Shown: positions 45,855 to 47,597 of the stretch, piece by piece | Layout: every line of letters begins with the position of its first letter | How positions within the stretch are numbered: position 1 is the first letter of the stretch | From: a virus | Taxonomy: Duplodnaviria > Caudoviricetes | Direction: 5' to 3' (one strand) | IMG/VR virus record: IMGVR_UViG_3300016662_000096 | Coordinates: 1-47,597 of that record | Length of the DNA: 47,597 nt | Notes under the pieces: generated by a model | Database searches by the model: none | What the model saw: only the letters and a program-made list of their open reading frames with translations | What the model was told of the DNA's origin: nothing | Program-made: the position numbers and the translations under genes

Positions 45855-46940
45855 ATGATTTGTGCGGTGAAGCGACAAAGGTGTTTATGGTTTTACGGGG
45901 AGAATGATCCCAAGAGGAGGAGTGAACCTACAGACGAACAAAAGCGGCATTTAATCAATCGTGACAATTCGCAGAGTGCGTTCAGCAAGTTTATTGGTAA
46001 TGACAAGGCTGTTCGTAAGTTGCAGGCTGCTGCGTTTAAGGCATTGAGTGATCCCCGTCATATGATGAGGGATTTGGCGTTTGCAATTTACGGTCCTGCG
46101 AGTGCTGGCAAAACAACATTGGCCAAGCTGTATGCCAATGTGGTTGAATTACCTTTTTGTGAGATCAGTCCGAAGCAAGTACGCAAGATGGACGATGTGT
46201 TCAATCTTGTGAATAGTGTATTGGCACCATATGACATTGCTTTGGTTGGCAATGGTAATCATTATCGTTTACCTCCTTGTGTAATCTTCTTGGATGAAGT
46301 TCATGCGTTGTGCGACAATGTCATTCAAGGTTTGTTGAAGGCTACTGAGTATAACGATGCTGTGATGGCGACGGAGAGTGGTAGGATATTGGATTGTAAG
46401 TTTGCGACATGGTTTATAGCGACTACTGATGAGGGTCGTTTATTTGATGCGTTCAAAACCCGGTTTAGTCCTGTGCATTTGAATTATTTAACTAAGGCAG
46501 AGATTGCAAAGATTGTAAAGTTAGCGAATCCTTATTTGGAGGATTCGGTATGTGATCTGGTTGCTCATTACAATGGTCGTATTCCTCGCAAGGCATTGGA
46601 ATTTGCTAGGTACATGAATATTGTTCGGATGATGAACAATGGCATGAGTTGGGAGGACATAGCTAGGCAGGTTGCAGATGATGAGGGTATTGATGAGTGG
46701 GGAATGCATGAATTGCATTTGAAAGTGTTGAAAGCTTTGGCTGGCGGACCTGTAGCATCCAAGCGTATTCCTGCGATTCTTGGCAGGAAGAAAGAGGAGG
46801 TTGAGGGTTACATCATGCCGGTTCTGATGTGCGCTACAGATGACCAACCTAGTTTGGTTTCGGTGAGTAGCAAAGGTTATGTTCTGACTGATGCTGGTGT
46901 TGAGGAATTGAGGAAACGAGGAATTTCTGCGGAATCTTGA
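45855..46940 (+). CDS. ruvB: Holliday junction branch-migration ATPase RuvB-like
   Basis: FSKFIGN, GPASAGKTT, IFLDEVH, IATT..GRL..AFKTRF, GRIPRKA, GIDEWG, C-terminal winged helix with G. GGAGG then ATG 45855. Confidence 0.85.
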   Translation: MICAVKRQRCLWFYGENDPKRRSEPTDEQKRHLINRDNSQSAFSKFIGNDKAVRKLQAAAFKALSDPRHMMRDLAFAIYGPASAGKTTLAKLYANVVELPFCEISPKQVRKMDDVFNLVNSVLAPYDIALVGNGNHYRLPPCVIFLDEVHALCDNVIQGLLKATEYNDAVMATESGRILDCKFATWFIATTDEGRLFDAFKTRFSPVHLNYLTKAEIAKIVKLANPYLEDSVCDLVAHYNGRIPRKALEFARYMNIVRMMNNGMSWEDIARQVADDEGIDEWGMHELHLKVLKALAGGPVASKRIPAILGRKKEEVEGYIMPVLMCATDDQPSLVSVSSKGYVLTDAGVEELRKRGISAES

Positions 46941-47012
46941 TTATCTCTAAAATTTAGTTCCTGTTTAGCCGAAGTAATGTCATAGAAGAGACGAATAAAA
47001 GGATGTAAAGAT

Positions 47013-47597
47013 ATGATGAGTAAGATGAATGAACTGGCTTGTCTGATTTTCCAGAAGATGATTGATCATCATAAAGAACATCCTCTTTTAAGAGAATGTC
47101 ATGGGATTGGCGATCCTCATGGAATTCATATTTCAAACATTGAAAGGATTGAGGATAAGGTAGAAGTGCATATTGATAATGATGGCACGAAGATAACCAG
47201 TTTTGAACCGCAATTTATTGTATGGATTTGGCGTGAAGGTGGTATGTGTTCACCTAACCCGACTCCTGAAGTTATGACTTTGCATGAACTCAAGCATAAA
47301 ATGATTGAATGCGCTTCATATTGTGTAAATAGCGATGAATTTGTGCAATTCGTTAATGAAAATTTTCCCGAAAAGAAAGAAAGAAAAGAAAAGACAATTG
47401 TCGGAAATGTTTATCTTTTTAACAAGCAGCATTATGTTGTTGCTGCTAAGAAAGGTGATGCATTTGTAGTTGTGCCATTTGATAGGAAGGTGAGACTCGT
47501 TGGAGATTATGATTCCTTTCAAGGGAATTATGTTTATCGTCTCAAGCATAGGGTTGAATTACCTTATTATATGTTTCATAGATTTAGCAAAGAATAC
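47013..47597 (+). CDS. Partial hypothetical protein (runs off window)
   Basis: Not in ORF track. MMSKMNELACLIFQKMIDHHKEHP..., open for 195 codons to the edge; AAGGA upstream. Confidence 0.75.
   Translation, partial: MMSKMNELACLIFQKMIDHHKEHPLLRECHGIGDPHGIHISNIERIEDKVEVHIDNDGTKITSFEPQFIVWIWREGGMCSPNPTPEVMTLHELKHKMIECASYCVNSDEFVQFVNENFPEKKERKEKTIVGNVYLFNKQHYVVAAKKGDAFVVVPFDRKVRLVGDYDSFQGNYVYRLKHRVELPYYMFHRFSKEY

Noticed and set aside
626-46847. Numerous 60-170 aa ORFs nested in or antisense to larger genes (for example 11893..12399, 36917..37381, 39940..40338, 43717..44076, 46521..46847)
   Set aside because: Fully overlap motif-supported genes and have no RBS or motifs. The strong strand skew depletes stops in alternative frames.
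46954-47549. Two short - strand ORFs (46954..47136, 47316..47549)
   Set aside because: Shadows of the longer + strand ORF starting at 47013.
1-47597. Genome-wide stop-codon reassignment (TAG to Gln)
   Set aside because: Nearly all genes are full length in code 11 with high coding density. Only isolated in-frame TAG junctions occur (31268, 41508).

Overview
AT-rich, gene-dense 47.6 kb segment that most plausibly comes from a large (jumbo/huge) tailed bacteriophage. It holds no core bacterial housekeeping genes. It has mixed-strand small ORFs, T4-type late-promoter-like TAnATA boxes, a sigma-like factor, a lone tRNA-Ile(UAU), RuvB, a C5 DNA methyltransferase and HNH genes. Left part: glycosyl-/sulfo-/methyltransferase and acyl-CoA ligase-like surface-modification genes, a non-autonomous IS607-type TnpB element whose ends and empty site can be reconstructed, and three proteins (two RCC1 propellers) sharing an 8-Cys C-terminal module. 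Middle and right: about 20 otherwise unrelated proteins, many of them enzymes, share an N-terminal M-x-x-F-x-x-(W/Y/F)-(L/I)...E leader resembling the T4 internal-protein capsid-targeting sequence. This suggests a large head-packaged, injected cargo set; two members hide a signal-peptide-like segment behind the leader. Also present are a promoter-driven, highly structured unknown ncRNA (about 25472-25660), a two-HNH cassette bounded by a 27-bp direct repeat, and a putative replication origin (GC-skew flip, polarised TCACAAA motifs, six TCATTGTAC iteron-like repeats) at about 44.5-45.8 kb next to ruvB. All calls come from motif recognition by eye; no searches were run.
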